Assembly (NCBI GenBank): GCA_963851265.1
Contig: CAWKNZ010000007.1
Span: 256,001 to 320,000 of the forward strand
Reading direction: 5' to 3'
DNA length: 64,000 nt
DNA from: an uncultured Gemmatimonadales bacterium
GTDB lineage: Bacteria; Gemmatimonadota; Gemmatimonadetes; Gemmatimonadales; Gemmatimonadaceae
The notes beneath the pieces are model-generated. The model was given only the letters and a program-made list of their open reading frames with translations. It was not told the DNA's origin and did no database searches. The translations under genes were made by a program, and so were the position numbers. Below are positions 37,273 through 47,101 of this stretch, piece by piece. The stretch's first letter is position 1. Each line of letters opens with the position of its first letter.

Positions 37273-37479
37273 TCAGCTGTTGCCGAGCGACGGGTTCTTG
37301 TTGCGGCCGCCGATCGCGTCCTCGTCGGGCTCTCCGTCACTCGCGCGCAACGGCGCCTCGGTCGAATCGGGCGACGTCATGCCCTTGCTCATCCCGCCGT
37401 GCTTCTCGGCGAGCTCCTTGAGGCGGTCGGCGTTGGGGCCGGTGAGGTCGTGGTGCTTGTCGTTGCTCTGGTCAGCCAT
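37273..37479 (-). CDS. Small hydrophilic hypothetical protein (68 aa)
   Basis: MADQSNDKHHDLTGPNADRLKELAEKHGG; GAGGA upstream; GC3-biased codons. Confidence 0.65.
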   Translation of the reverse strand: MADQSNDKHHDLTGPNADRLKELAEKHGGMSKGMTSPDSTEAPLRASDGEPDEDAIGGRNKNPSLGNS

Positions 37480-37670
37480 GGACGGGTGTCCTCGGTGTGC
37501 GTGATCTCGGTGCGCAAACGCGCGCGTGTCGCGCGCCTGTCGCGCGCTCCACGCCACGCGCGACGTGCACGCGGCGTGCCTTACGGCCGGCGGCGTTCCG
37601 CGCCCGCTCGCTGGGGAACCGATCGTGCGAGCGCGCGCCGCCCGATTCACCCGGGGTTGCGGGGTCCGCC

Positions 37671-38747
37671 CTACTCGCCGGCCGCGTGCTCCGCGCCGGC
37701 GTACTCGGCGGACGGGCTCGGGACCGACGCGACGTTGACGTCGATCGGGAGTCGCACGCCACCGTGGTTTTCGACCACGTCGAGCAACCCCTGCCACACG
37801 CCCGCGAACGCCTGGCCGACGTCGCGCGGGAACTTGTCCGGCGAGAACCCGCGCCCGCTCGCGACCCAGACGGGCGGTTCGACGTGCAGGCCGGCGGCGA
37901 CGTACGCGGCCGCGAGGTCGTCGTGCACGGCGGGCGCGTTGTGCGCGTGCACGTACACCCCAGGGCGGTAGCGCCCGTCGGCGAGCACGCGGCCGGCCCA
38001 CGCGCGGTAGTAGTCGCGCATCGCGGGCGGCATCTGCTCCATCCGCTCGATGTCGAGGAACACGATGGTGCCGCGCGCGAACCCCTCGCCGGCCGTCGCG
38101 CGGACCGCGTCGTCGCCGTCCGCCGCGCCGCGTGCCGCGGTGACGAGGTCGGCGTTGCAGGTCAGGCCGCGCCGTGCCGTCGCCTGCGCGCCGCGCGACC
38201 CGGGGTGCGGCGTACGCCCCCACGTCTGTTCGCCCACGTAGATCACGGCCATCCCGAAGCCGAGCCCGTCGATCGTCGCGCGCTGTCCGGTCCACGAGCG
38301 CTCGCGGTGGCAGGGCGAGGGGAGGTAGTACCCCATCCACTCGTACCGAACGCCCGACGTCTTCCAGGCGCGGAGCGCGGCCTGGCCGGGGAACGTGTGC
38401 GTGTCGAAGCCGAGGTGCCGACCGGCGACTCGCGGCAGGCCCGGCGCGCCGCCCACGCTCACCACGCTGCCGTCCGTGTGGTCGAGGTGGTCGGCCGCGT
38501 CCTGGTCGAACGCTCCGGCGATCGCGCCGCCGGGCGCCGTCTGTTCCACCGCGGTGAGCTGGCCCACGCCCCGCCGAACCACCCACGGTGCGGCGACGAG
38601 CGCGACCGCAACCGTGGACACGGTGGTCGCCCAGGACCGGCGCGCACGCCAAAGGAGCGTGCGGACTCGGCCGCGCTCGAGCGGCGCCCGTCGGTCCTGC
38701 GGCCGGTCGTCGGTTCTCGAGTCTGATGCGGGCGATACGGCTGACAT
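37671..38747 (-). CDS. DUF1906/Rv2525c-like putative peptidoglycan glycosidase; start uncertain
   Basis: GFDTHTFPG, WMGYYL, IYVGEQ, IVFLDIE, YRPGVY, WQG, IDVN; N-terminal anchor. Confidence 0.75.
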   Translation of the reverse strand: MSAVSPASDSRTDDRPQDRRAPLERGRVRTLLWRARRSWATTVSTVAVALVAAPWVVRRGVGQLTAVEQTAPGGAIAGAFDQDAADHLDHTDGSVVSVGGAPGLPRVAGRHLGFDTHTFPGQAALRAWKTSGVRYEWMGYYLPSPCHRERSWTGQRATIDGLGFGMAVIYVGEQTWGRTPHPGSRGAQATARRGLTCNADLVTAARGAADGDDAVRATAGEGFARGTIVFLDIERMEQMPPAMRDYYRAWAGRVLADGRYRPGVYVHAHNAPAVHDDLAAAYVAAGLHVEPPVWVASGRGFSPDKFPRDVGQAFAGVWQGLLDVVENHGGVRLPIDVNVASVPSPSAEYAGAEHAAGE

Positions 38748-39121
38748 CCGGGCGGGCAGTGCGTCGCGTCGTGAGTTCGGGCGCCGGCACGCGGCCGCCC
38801 ACAAACATCTGATTACAGCGCCGCGGTGCATGGCGCGCGCCGACGGCGCCAGCGGCGGTCGACCCGAGGGTGCGACGCGCGTCACACGTTCCTACACGCG
38901 AGACGGCCGACGAGTGCACGGAACTTGCCTTTGGGTGCCATGAATCGTGCGCGTCCCTGAGCGGGAGCGAGCCGTCGACGGTCCGGTTGTCGACCAGCAG
39001 TAGCCGGATCGCCGTTCGCGGCGATCGGCGTCGGGGCGCAACGAGTCGCGGGAGCACGTCGCTTCCGCCTGATCCGCGCGAGTATCGCGCAGACTCACCG
39101 AACATTTCGAGAGGCTTACAA

Positions 39122-39817
39122 ATGCGGAACGCGACGCGACTGGGTGTGGTGATCGCCCTCGGCACCAGCACGGTGCTCGGGGCATGCGGAAAGACGGGGA
39201 ACACCGCGTCGACCGACACGGCTGCGGCGGCGGCCACGAACGCGCCGTCATCGACGGCGAGCACGAACGGCACCGCGGCCGCGGGCGCCGGTGGGCCGAC
39301 GACCCCGGCCGACTCGGTGCACGGCGGCGGTAGCCCCGTCCCGGCGAGCACCGGCAAGATGACCGACCCCGAGATCGTCTCCCTCACGCAGGCCGCCAAC
39401 GAGGGCGAGATCATGACGTCCAAGGTCGCGCTCACGAAGGCGACCAACCCCGACGTCCGGAAGTTCGCGCAGCAGATGATCGCCCAGCACACGGCCCTCA
39501 TCTCGCAGGGCAACGCGCTCAGCAAGGCGCAGAACCTCGTCCCCGCCGCGGGTGCCAAGGACTCGATCGAAGGCGCGGGCAAGAAGATGACCGCCATGCT
39601 CGATGCCGCGCCCAAGGGTGTCGCGTTCGATACGGCCTACATCAACGGCCAGGCGATGGCGCACTCCAACACGCTCGCCATGATCCAGAAGGCCGAGGGT
39701 GAGGCGCAGAACGCCGGGCTCAAGGCCATGCTGACCAAGGCCGCGCCGATCGTGCAGCAACACCTCGACGAGGCGAAGGCGCTCCAGGCCAAGCTGGGCG
39801 GGGGAGCGGCGCAGTGA
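39122..39817 (+). CDS. DUF4142 ferritin-like lipoprotein
   Basis: Lipobox LGAC; ANEGEI..ATNPDVRKFAQQMIAQH, FDTAYINGQ..H, PIVQQHL. Confidence 0.85.
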   Translation: MRNATRLGVVIALGTSTVLGACGKTGNTASTDTAAAAATNAPSSTASTNGTAAAGAGGPTTPADSVHGGGSPVPASTGKMTDPEIVSLTQAANEGEIMTSKVALTKATNPDVRKFAQQMIAQHTALISQGNALSKAQNLVPAAGAKDSIEGAGKKMTAMLDAAPKGVAFDTAYINGQAMAHSNTLAMIQKAEGEAQNAGLKAMLTKAAPIVQQHLDEAKALQAKLGGGAAQ

Positions 39818-40197
39818 GCCGACTCGGCGCCCCTCGGGCGTTCGCGGTCGTAGGAATCGTCGCCGCCGCAGGCCTCACGGCCTGCGGCGGCGACGTGAAC
39901 ACGCAGAAAGGTGCGATGAAGACGCCCTACGCGAACAACGGCGACAGCGGGGCGGCGTCACCGGGCACCCAGCAGACGCTGAGTCCCAACCCCTCGATGG
40001 GCGACAGCACCGTCGGGATGTCGCGCGGGACGGGCGTCGCCAACGCGGCGGGTGACACCGCGGGGGCGTTCGGGAAGGCGGCGGGCTCGCACGGGCTCGT
40101 GCCGGGCCACCCGACCTCCGGTCCGGCGGGTTCGGGAATGCAGAACGCGGGCGGCGCGCCGCAGTCCTCGACGCCGGCACGCCCCAAGACCCCCTGA
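39814..40197 (+). CDS. Low-complexity lipoprotein
   Basis: Lipobox LTAC; GTGA overlap with upstream gene. Confidence 0.75.
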   Translation: MSRLGAPRAFAVVGIVAAAGLTACGGDVNTQKGAMKTPYANNGDSGAASPGTQQTLSPNPSMGDSTVGMSRGTGVANAAGDTAGAFGKAAGSHGLVPGHPTSGPAGSGMQNAGGAPQSSTPARPKTP

Positions 40198-40259
40198 CCG
40201 CTCCGTCGCCACACATCGGGACGGCTCGGCACATGCCGGCCCGACGTGTGGGAGCGGTC
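40196..40259. terminator. Long imperfect hairpin between convergent genes
   Basis: GACCGCTCC..CACACATCGGG pairs with CCCGACGTGTG..GGAGCGGTC; no U-tract. Confidence 0.5.
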
Positions 40260-40261
40260 GG

Positions 40262-42736
40262 TCACTGCATAGCGGCACGCCCCGCGCGCGCAGGCTTCAC
40301 GTACGTGTCGAGCCAACTGACCATCTCGGCCAGCGTGTGCCCGATGCTCTCGCGCGCCCGGTACCCGTGCGCCTCCGCGGGCAGCTGGACGTAGCGGACC
40401 TTCGCGCCGTTCCCCTTGAGCGCCGCGTAGTAACGCTCGCTCTGGATCGGAAACGTCCCCGTGTTGTCGTCGGCCATGCCGTGGATCAGCAGCAGCGGCG
40501 TGTGCACCGAGTCGGCGAAGGTGAACGGCGACATGGCCGTGTACAGACCCTGCGCGCGCCAGTAGTCGCGCTCCTCGCCCTGAAAGCCGAACGGGGTGAG
40601 CGTGCGGTTGTACGCCCCACTCCGCGCGATCCCGGCCCGGAAGAGGCTGGTGTGCGACAGCAGGTTGGCGGTCATGAACGCTCCGTACGAGTGCCCGCCC
40701 ACCGCCACACGGTCGCGGTCGCCGACGCCTAACGCGACCAGCTCGTCCACCGCGGCCCGCGCGCTCGACACGAGCTGCTCGACGTACGTGTCGTTCGGCT
40801 CGCGGCCGTCCCTGCCGACGATCGGCATCGTCGGGTTGTCCATCACGCCGTAGCCCTGCGTGAGCAGGAACAGCTCCGACGCGCCGGTCGGCCGCGTGAA
40901 CCGGTACGGCGAGCCGATCACCTGCGACGCGGCCGCGGCGGAGCCGTATTCCAGCGGATAGGCCCACAGGAAGAACGGCAACGGACCGTCACGCTTGGCG
41001 TCGTACCCGGCGGGCAGGTACACCGTCGCCGACAGGTCGACGCCGTCCGCGCGCTTGTACGTGACGAGCCGCGACGTCACGCCCGCAAACTGCGGTGCGG
41101 GGTCGCGGAAATTCGTCAGCTGCACGGGGGCCATCCGCCGCACCGCCTCGCGACGCCAGTAGTTGGGGACCTCGGTGACTCCCTCGCGCCGCGTGAGCAG
41201 CGTCGCGGCATCGGGATCGACGACGGCGACGGTTTCTTCGTAGTAGGGCGCGGCCGACCGGAACAGGCGCTCGGTCTTGCCCGTCGCGAGCTCGTACCGG
41301 TCGACGAACGGCCGGTCCCCCTCCGCCGACGCGCCCGTCCCGGTGAGGAACGCGTGGCGGCCGTCGCTCGACGTGAGCAGCACCGGACGCCCATTCGCGT
41401 TCGGCGCCGTCTCGAACCGGCCGGGGTCGGCGTACCGGTCCTCCGACGACCGGTCGAACACGAGCCGTGGCGCCTTGCTCGGGTCGCTCGGGTCGAACGC
41501 CCAGGTTCGCGTGCGACGGGTCCGCCGCCAGTTCTCGGTCACGAACGCGAGGTCGGTGCGCGCCCAGACGACGCCGGCCCCGCGGTAGCCGAGACGGGCG
41601 TGCTCGACCGGCGCGCCCGAGAACGGGGCCGAGAGCGAGCGGAGCACGTCGTGTGCGGCCACCTTGGTCTGCGGGTCGCCGCCGTCCAGCGCTTCGACCC
41701 AGGCGACCGTGGCCGGCGCGTCCGATCGCCACGCCACGTTGCGCGGCCCCACCGGCACCGCGTCGAACCGGCGCGACGCCTGCTCGTCGAGCGGGGCGTC
41801 GTCCACGACGCGCGCGACGCGCCCACTCAGCTCCCACACCTCGGTGCGGCTCGCGAACGCGCCGAACGGGACGAGGTACGAGTACGGCCGGTGCGCGGTC
41901 TCGACCAGCAGCCACCGGCCGTCGGGCGACGGCGCCACTCGCGTCCGCACCGCGGGCGTACCAACCGGCGTCCAGTGTCCGTCGAGCGTGGCGATCGCGA
42001 CCTGCGCCGTGGCGTAATGATCGAACTGCGCCTCGTCGTCCGGACTCTTGAGCAGGTCCTCGAACGTCGGGTTAGGCGCGGCCTTGCCGTCGGACTCCTG
42101 GACGATCGGGCCCGTCGGGACGGCCGACGCGGCCGGCGCCGGCCCGCGCGCCGCGGGCACGGTGAGGCACGCGACGCGCGCCGGCGACACCCAGGCGCAC
42201 GGCGCCGCGGTGGTCGCGGCGTTCAGCCGCGTGGCGCCCAACGCGCGCGCGACCACCGGCCCCGACGCGCCCGACACGGGCGCGTCGGCGACGAGCAGCG
42301 AGATGCCCGTCGGGCGCGTGAGCGTGAACGCGACGTGCCGCCGGTCGGGCGCCCACAGCGGCGCGCCGAGCCGCAACTCGCCCGCCACGCCCGGTACCAC
42401 CAGGGCGCGTGACGCCCCACCGTCGAGCGGTGTGAACGTGACGCCCGTGTAGGTCACGTCGCGCGACGGACCGTTGGTGCGCGGATTGATGCGCAGACCG
42501 GCGAGACGGAGTTCGGGCGCGCCGACCTCGCTGATCGGCGGAAGGCCGCGCCGCCGGAGCTGAACCAGCCACCGCCGGTCGGGACTGACGACCGCCGCCG
42601 GGAGGGGCTCCGCGTCGAGCATCTGCGCGATCGGCGCGGGGGGCTGCCGGTAGCCGGTCTGCCCGACCACTGGCGTTGCGGCCAGGGTCGCGAGTGCCGC
42701 CGCAACCGCGGGCGGTGTCGAGGGATGGAGGCGCAC
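40262..42736 (-). CDS. S9 family serine peptidase (glutamyl endopeptidase-like), exported
   Basis: GGHSYGAFM, ARSGAYNRTLTPFGFQ, IHGMADDN, EAHGY triad; signal peptide. Confidence 0.92.
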   Translation of the reverse strand: MRLHPSTPPAVAAALATLAATPVVGQTGYRQPPAPIAQMLDAEPLPAAVVSPDRRWLVQLRRRGLPPISEVGAPELRLAGLRINPRTNGPSRDVTYTGVTFTPLDGGASRALVVPGVAGELRLGAPLWAPDRRHVAFTLTRPTGISLLVADAPVSGASGPVVARALGATRLNAATTAAPCAWVSPARVACLTVPAARGPAPAASAVPTGPIVQESDGKAAPNPTFEDLLKSPDDEAQFDHYATAQVAIATLDGHWTPVGTPAVRTRVAPSPDGRWLLVETAHRPYSYLVPFGAFASRTEVWELSGRVARVVDDAPLDEQASRRFDAVPVGPRNVAWRSDAPATVAWVEALDGGDPQTKVAAHDVLRSLSAPFSGAPVEHARLGYRGAGVVWARTDLAFVTENWRRTRRTRTWAFDPSDPSKAPRLVFDRSSEDRYADPGRFETAPNANGRPVLLTSSDGRHAFLTGTGASAEGDRPFVDRYELATGKTERLFRSAAPYYEETVAVVDPDAATLLTRREGVTEVPNYWRREAVRRMAPVQLTNFRDPAPQFAGVTSRLVTYKRADGVDLSATVYLPAGYDAKRDGPLPFFLWAYPLEYGSAAAASQVIGSPYRFTRPTGASELFLLTQGYGVMDNPTMPIVGRDGREPNDTYVEQLVSSARAAVDELVALGVGDRDRVAVGGHSYGAFMTANLLSHTSLFRAGIARSGAYNRTLTPFGFQGEERDYWRAQGLYTAMSPFTFADSVHTPLLLIHGMADDNTGTFPIQSERYYAALKGNGAKVRYVQLPAEAHGYRARESIGHTLAEMVSWLDTYVKPARAGRAAMQ

Positions 42737-42747
42737 GAGAGGTTGGC

Positions 42748-42783
42748 CGGTTGAGTTGCGGGGAATCGAACGCAGGTGACCTC
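42748..42783 (-). pseudogene. Possible decayed tRNA 3' half (tRNA-Ala-like)
   Basis: Minus strand GAGGTC-ACCTGCG-TTCGATT-CCCCG-CAACTCA-ACCG has tRNA 3'-end spacing but a broken T-stem. Confidence 0.3.
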
Positions 42784-43570
42784 AATACGCCTGAAGTGCC
42801 TCGAGCGCTCCGGTGCAACACCCACCACCGCAGGCCCCCCACACCGACATGTAGCCTTGGACCTGCGCGAACGCGAGCGTCCCGAGAACGGCCGACTTGC
42901 CACCGTGGCTGCCTCGCTCCGTCGGTGCACTCACGAAGTCGAAGCGTACGGGCGGATACGGGCGCACCGCCGCCGAATCGCTCGGGCGCTCCTGCCGCGA
43001 CAGAAACGGAACCGCGGCGCTCGCCGGCGACGCCGGCTTCGACAGATCGTACAGGAACATCTGCCACCGTCGCGGCTCGTACGTGTCGCGGTCGGTGGTC
43101 GCACCGTCTGAGTGGTACGCCAACACGAGGCAGTACCGACCCGCCGCCAAGCCGTTGTGCCCGTGCTCGAAGTCGATCTGTGCAAGCGCCTGTGGAGCAG
43201 ACTCGAACTCCTTCAGCGGCACCTCGTCCAGATCGCGACGGCCCACCATGATGACTTTCGTGTCGGCGACCCGAAACGACCGGCCGTCCAACCGCAGGGG
43301 CTGAGAGAGAATCGTGCTCTGTTGCTCCCAATGTGGATGCGCCGAGGCCGGCCCTTTGAACTCAGCGCAACTCGCCGGCTCACCGCCCGGTGGACGCGAC
43401 GGGCGGCGAAAGGGTGCAGGCACGGGCATCCGCGGCGTCGGTTGCGCCGCCGCCCTCTCGTACGCGGTCGACGTCGCGGTGAGCAGGATCATGGCCGGGG
43501 TCGCACACAGCCGGGCGGTCGCACGCACACGCGACCTGGACCCACCGCTTCGCCAAGCACGGTCCGCCAC
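42782..43570 (-). CDS. Hypothetical, possibly exported protein with C-terminal WxxCxxGCC; start uncertain
   Basis: Balanced composition unlike the shadow ORFs; ends SVWGACGGGCCTG; follows the kinase on the same strand. Confidence 0.6.
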   Translation of the reverse strand: MADRAWRSGGSRSRVRATARLCATPAMILLTATSTAYERAAAQPTPRMPVPAPFRRPSRPPGGEPASCAEFKGPASAHPHWEQQSTILSQPLRLDGRSFRVADTKVIMVGRRDLDEVPLKEFESAPQALAQIDFEHGHNGLAAGRYCLVLAYHSDGATTDRDTYEPRRWQMFLYDLSKPASPASAAVPFLSRQERPSDSAAVRPYPPVRFDFVSAPTERGSHGGKSAVLGTLAFAQVQGYMSVWGACGGGCCTGALEALQAY

Positions 43571-43667
43571 ACGAGCCTCCGCCGTTCGAGGATGTCACTC
43601 ACGCCGGTGCCGGGTGCACGTGCGAGCGGCGACACGATGCAGTCGTCAGCCCCGGAGCGCCAGAGTG

Positions 43668-46600
43668 CTAGGATGGCGCCGCCGTGATCGGCACGACACC
43701 GTTTGCGCGCAACACGCTCGCGTCGGCATCCCGCCACAGCGCGGCGGCGCCGGCCGACGCGGCGCGACGCGCGTCGGTGTCGCCGACGTCATGACCCACG
43801 AGCCGCGCGCGCAACGCGAGCGCGCGCCCGACCGCCGCGGCGCGCGGCACGTCGTCCAGCATGTGCGTGTTCTGATTCGGCAACTGTCCAATCGCGCCAC
43901 CGAGTGTCGCGATCGCGGTGGCGGTGTCGCCAGCCCATGCCTGCAGCCAGGCCTCCTGAAACACCGCGTCGAGCGTCGCTACGATCCCGACCGACGCGCG
44001 CCGTCGCGCCACCGCGGCGAGTGCCGTGCGTGCCGCATCGGCATGGCCCCGAGCGGCCGCTCGTTGGGCCACGAGCAGGTACCATCCGGTGGTGTCGTCG
44101 GGGAGCGCCTCGTGCAGTTCCGGGAACGACAGCACGACGAGCCGCCGGAAGAACCCCGCCCGCACGTCGGCGCTCGTGAGCGCGCCCACCTGCGTGAGCA
44201 ACGCCGCGCCGCGATCGCGAGCGGCGACCACGCTGTCGTGTGGCGCGCCGAGGCTCGCGTACGCGACGCCGGCGGCGAGCGCCGCGCGACCCGCTCCGAC
44301 GGGAGCGGGCAATTCGTCGTCGGGCGTCACGCTTCTATCGCGCGCGGCGATCCGAAGGAGCGCGGCCGAATTGTTCGCACGCCCGATGAGCGCGTTCGCG
44401 ACTGCGAGCGCGGCCGCCGTCGCTGGGGTCGGCGTGGGAACGTCGGCCATCATCCGTTCGGCGGCCACGCGAGCGTCCACGAACCGCTGGAGCTTCACCA
44501 GCAGGCGCAACTCGGCCAGCCCGAGGCGCATGGCCGGCATGCTGTCGCGCGGCGCATGAAGCCGCGCCGCGCGGACGACGTCGAGCGCTCCGGGGCCGCC
44601 GTCGTTCGCCAGACGCCCGAGCGATTCGAGCGCCACCGCGCGCAACTCGGCCGCGTCTACGCTTCGCGGAAACGCGTCTGCCCATCGTTCGGCCACGTCG
44701 AGCAGCACGCGGCGGTTGCTGGCGAGGGCGGCGGCCGTGGTCGTCGGCATCGTCCACGGACGCGCAGCGGCATGGTCGGCGCGCGGGTAGGGGGTGAACG
44801 CGAGCGTGTCCGCGTTGACCGCGGGCAGCGCGGCCATCGACGTCGTATCGCCGCCGTTCACCGCGTACCCCGCTCGCCATTGCGTGCCGCTCGTCATGAG
44901 CAACCGCGGGAGGTAGGTCACCGCGCGCCCGCCGAACGCGAGGTGGACGCTCGGTACGCTGCTGAGCACGCGCCGGTACGCGTCGATCGCGCCGCGATAG
45001 CTCGACCGGAACCGCCACCCGCTCGGGCTCGCGGGGTCGCGCACGACGAGCGAGTCCTTGGCCTGGCAATCGCCGAGTCCATACCACGACGCGAAATCCA
45101 TCGAGTCACGGCGCACGAGTGCCAGATACCGCCTGCACGCGTCCGGATACCGCCCGTCGGCGAGCGCCGCGAGTGCGCGCGCCGCCTCGCCGTCGGCCGG
45201 CGCCATGCGCTGCGCCAGTGCCGTGGCGCGAGTCGCGGCGCGCTGCCACTCGACACGCGGCGCGTCGAGCATCCACGCGTACGCCTGCGCACGCCACCGG
45301 TGCGCGAGGGCGTACTCCGGGTCGAGCGCCGCCGCCTCCCCGAACGCCTGCGCCGCCCCGTCGAGGTCCCAGCGCGCGAGCAAATCGTGCCCGCGGTCGT
45401 ACGCGCGCCACGCACCGAGCGACGTCGTGCCTAACGCGCCCGGAACCGACAATCGGCTCCGCGCCGTCCCGAGCAGCAGCGAATCGGCGAGCTCGGCGAA
45501 CCCGCGACTCAACTCGTCCAGCGCGATGGCCGGCCGGATCGTATGCTCGCGCCGCGTGCTGTCCGGGCGCGCGACGTCGTAGAGCGCGGCCCGCACTGCG
45601 ACGCGCACCGGAGGCCGGCCTTCCGCGGCCGTCCGTTCACCCGACTCCGCGCGGGGCGCGCGAGCGATCGTTCCCCATGCGAGCCGGCCGGCTCCCAACT
45701 CTCGCGCGATCGCCACCGCCTCGGCGAGCGACCGCGGCGCTCCGATCCCGCGTCGCGTGAGCGCGTCGTTCACGCGCGTCGCGTTCACGACACGCAGGTC
45801 CGTCCACCGAGTCATTGCGTCGAGCAGCAGCTGCTCGGCGTCGCGACCGTCGAGCGCCGTGCTCGCGGGCGGCCGCGCGCCGCCTGCAGTCTCCTCCGCC
45901 GGCGCTGGCGAGGTTCGCTCGTCAGCGAATGGCAGCACGACGACGAGCGCGGGGTCAGCGGCACCGGTCGCGCTCGACAAACCCGGAATCAATCCCGCCC
46001 ACACGCCGGCGGCGGCGACCACGGCGAGCACCGCCGTGCCAGCCGCGACGAGCTGCAGGCGGACGCGGCGACCGCCGCGCGACGCGCGCTCGCCGGCAAG
46101 CAGGACGGCCGCGGCGCGCACGTCCGCCCCGAACGCATCGACCGTGTGATATCGCTCGGCCGGATCGAGCGCGAGCGCCCGCCGGAGGATCGCGTCCACC
46201 GCACGCGCGACCGACGCGGAGAGTCCGACCCGCGCGCCGATCTGCGGCGTGGGGATGGTGAGACGGCGCCGCAGCGCTTCGCCGGGCGTCGGCGCGTCGG
46301 CGTGCGGCGGCGTGCCGGCGAGCATCTCGTACAGCACGACGCCGAGCGACCACACGTCCACGCGTGAGTCGACACTCGGGTCCCCCGTCACCTGTTCTGG
46401 TGCCATGTACGCCGGGGTGCCGACCGCGTGCCCGGCGCGCGTCAGCTTCGTCGCGGCCCCGCGCTCCCCGGAGCTGTCCAACGTCATGCCACCCGCGTCC
46501 GGCTCGGTCCAGCGCGCGATTCCAAAATCGCAGACCAGCGTGTGCCACCGCGCCGGCCCCCCGCTGGTCGGGGTGCCCGGTCCCGTGTAACCGGAGAGCA

Positions 46601-47045
46601 GAACGTTTTCCGGTTTGATGTCGCGGTGCACGACGCCAGACGCGTGCGCATAGGCCAGCGCTTCCGCCAACTCGCCGGCAATCCGGAGTGCATCGACCGG
46701 TGGCAGCGCGCCCTCGCGCACTAGCCGCGCGCGCAGCGTGACGCCCTCGACGTAGGGCATGGCGAAATACAGCGCCCCGCCGGCCTCGCCCGAATCGTAC
46801 AGCGCCAGGATATGTGGGTGCTGCAGGCGCCCCACCATCTCGATCTCGCGCCTGAACCGGCGCGCGGCGTCCGCGGGGCGGGTGTGCGCGGCAAGAACTT
46901 TCAGCGCGACCCGGCGCCGGATCTTGCGGTCTCGTGCGAGGAATACCACCGCGGAGCCACCGCGGCCGATCTCGCGCTCGACGACGTACCGAGCCGCGAG
47001 ATCGGCCGCGAACTGCGCCTCGACGGCGTTTGACTCAGCCTGCAC
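43668..47045 (-). CDS. Hanks-type Ser/Thr kinase with TM and large helical-repeat C-terminal region
   Basis: IGRGG, VALK, HRDIKPEN, DFG, GTPAYMAPE, DVWSLG; TM; LVVVLPF then TPR-like helices; GTG 47045. Confidence 0.92.
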   Translation of the reverse strand: MQAESNAVEAQFAADLAARYVVEREIGRGGSAVVFLARDRKIRRRVALKVLAAHTRPADAARRFRREIEMVGRLQHPHILALYDSGEAGGALYFAMPYVEGVTLRARLVREGALPPVDALRIAGELAEALAYAHASGVVHRDIKPENVLLSGYTGPGTPTSGGPARWHTLVCDFGIARWTEPDAGGMTLDSSGERGAATKLTRAGHAVGTPAYMAPEQVTGDPSVDSRVDVWSLGVVLYEMLAGTPPHADAPTPGEALRRRLTIPTPQIGARVGLSASVARAVDAILRRALALDPAERYHTVDAFGADVRAAAVLLAGERASRGGRRVRLQLVAAGTAVLAVVAAAGVWAGLIPGLSSATGAADPALVVVLPFADERTSPAPAEETAGGARPPASTALDGRDAEQLLLDAMTRWTDLRVVNATRVNDALTRRGIGAPRSLAEAVAIARELGAGRLAWGTIARAPRAESGERTAAEGRPPVRVAVRAALYDVARPDSTRREHTIRPAIALDELSRGFAELADSLLLGTARSRLSVPGALGTTSLGAWRAYDRGHDLLARWDLDGAAQAFGEAAALDPEYALAHRWRAQAYAWMLDAPRVEWQRAATRATALAQRMAPADGEAARALAALADGRYPDACRRYLALVRRDSMDFASWYGLGDCQAKDSLVVRDPASPSGWRFRSSYRGAIDAYRRVLSSVPSVHLAFGGRAVTYLPRLLMTSGTQWRAGYAVNGGDTTSMAALPAVNADTLAFTPYPRADHAAARPWTMPTTTAAALASNRRVLLDVAERWADAFPRSVDAAELRAVALESLGRLANDGGPGALDVVRAARLHAPRDSMPAMRLGLAELRLLVKLQRFVDARVAAERMMADVPTPTPATAAALAVANALIGRANNSAALLRIAARDRSVTPDDELPAPVGAGRAALAAGVAYASLGAPHDSVVAARDRGAALLTQVGALTSADVRAGFFRRLVVLSFPELHEALPDDTTGWYLLVAQRAAARGHADAARTALAAVARRRASVGIVATLDAVFQEAWLQAWAGDTATAIATLGGAIGQLPNQNTHMLDDVPRAAAVGRALALRARLVGHDVGDTDARRAASAGAAALWRDADASVLRANGVVPITAAPS

Positions 47046-47070
47046 GAAAGTCCGGGTGCGAGTGGCGCCT

Positions 47071-47099
47071 ATTGTACTACCGCCGGCGCGCAGCGGCAA
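47071..47099 (-). promoter_or_regulatory. Sigma70-type promoter of the kinase gene
   Basis: TTGCCG-17 nt-TACAAT on the minus strand. Confidence 0.65.
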
Positions 47100-47101
47100 A
47101 G

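Noticed and set aside
34770..37340. 856-aa hybrid kinase-regulator
   Set aside because: The extension overlaps kdpE in another frame and has no recognisable motifs.
37273..39615. 780-aa ORF
   Set aside because: Antisense or off-frame to the DUF4142 and DUF1906 genes; only the last 68 aa have an RBS and coding bias.
42748..42783. Functional tRNA gene
   Set aside because: The T-stem does not pair, there is no CCA, and no D or anticodon arm is recognisable; kept only as a possible remnant.
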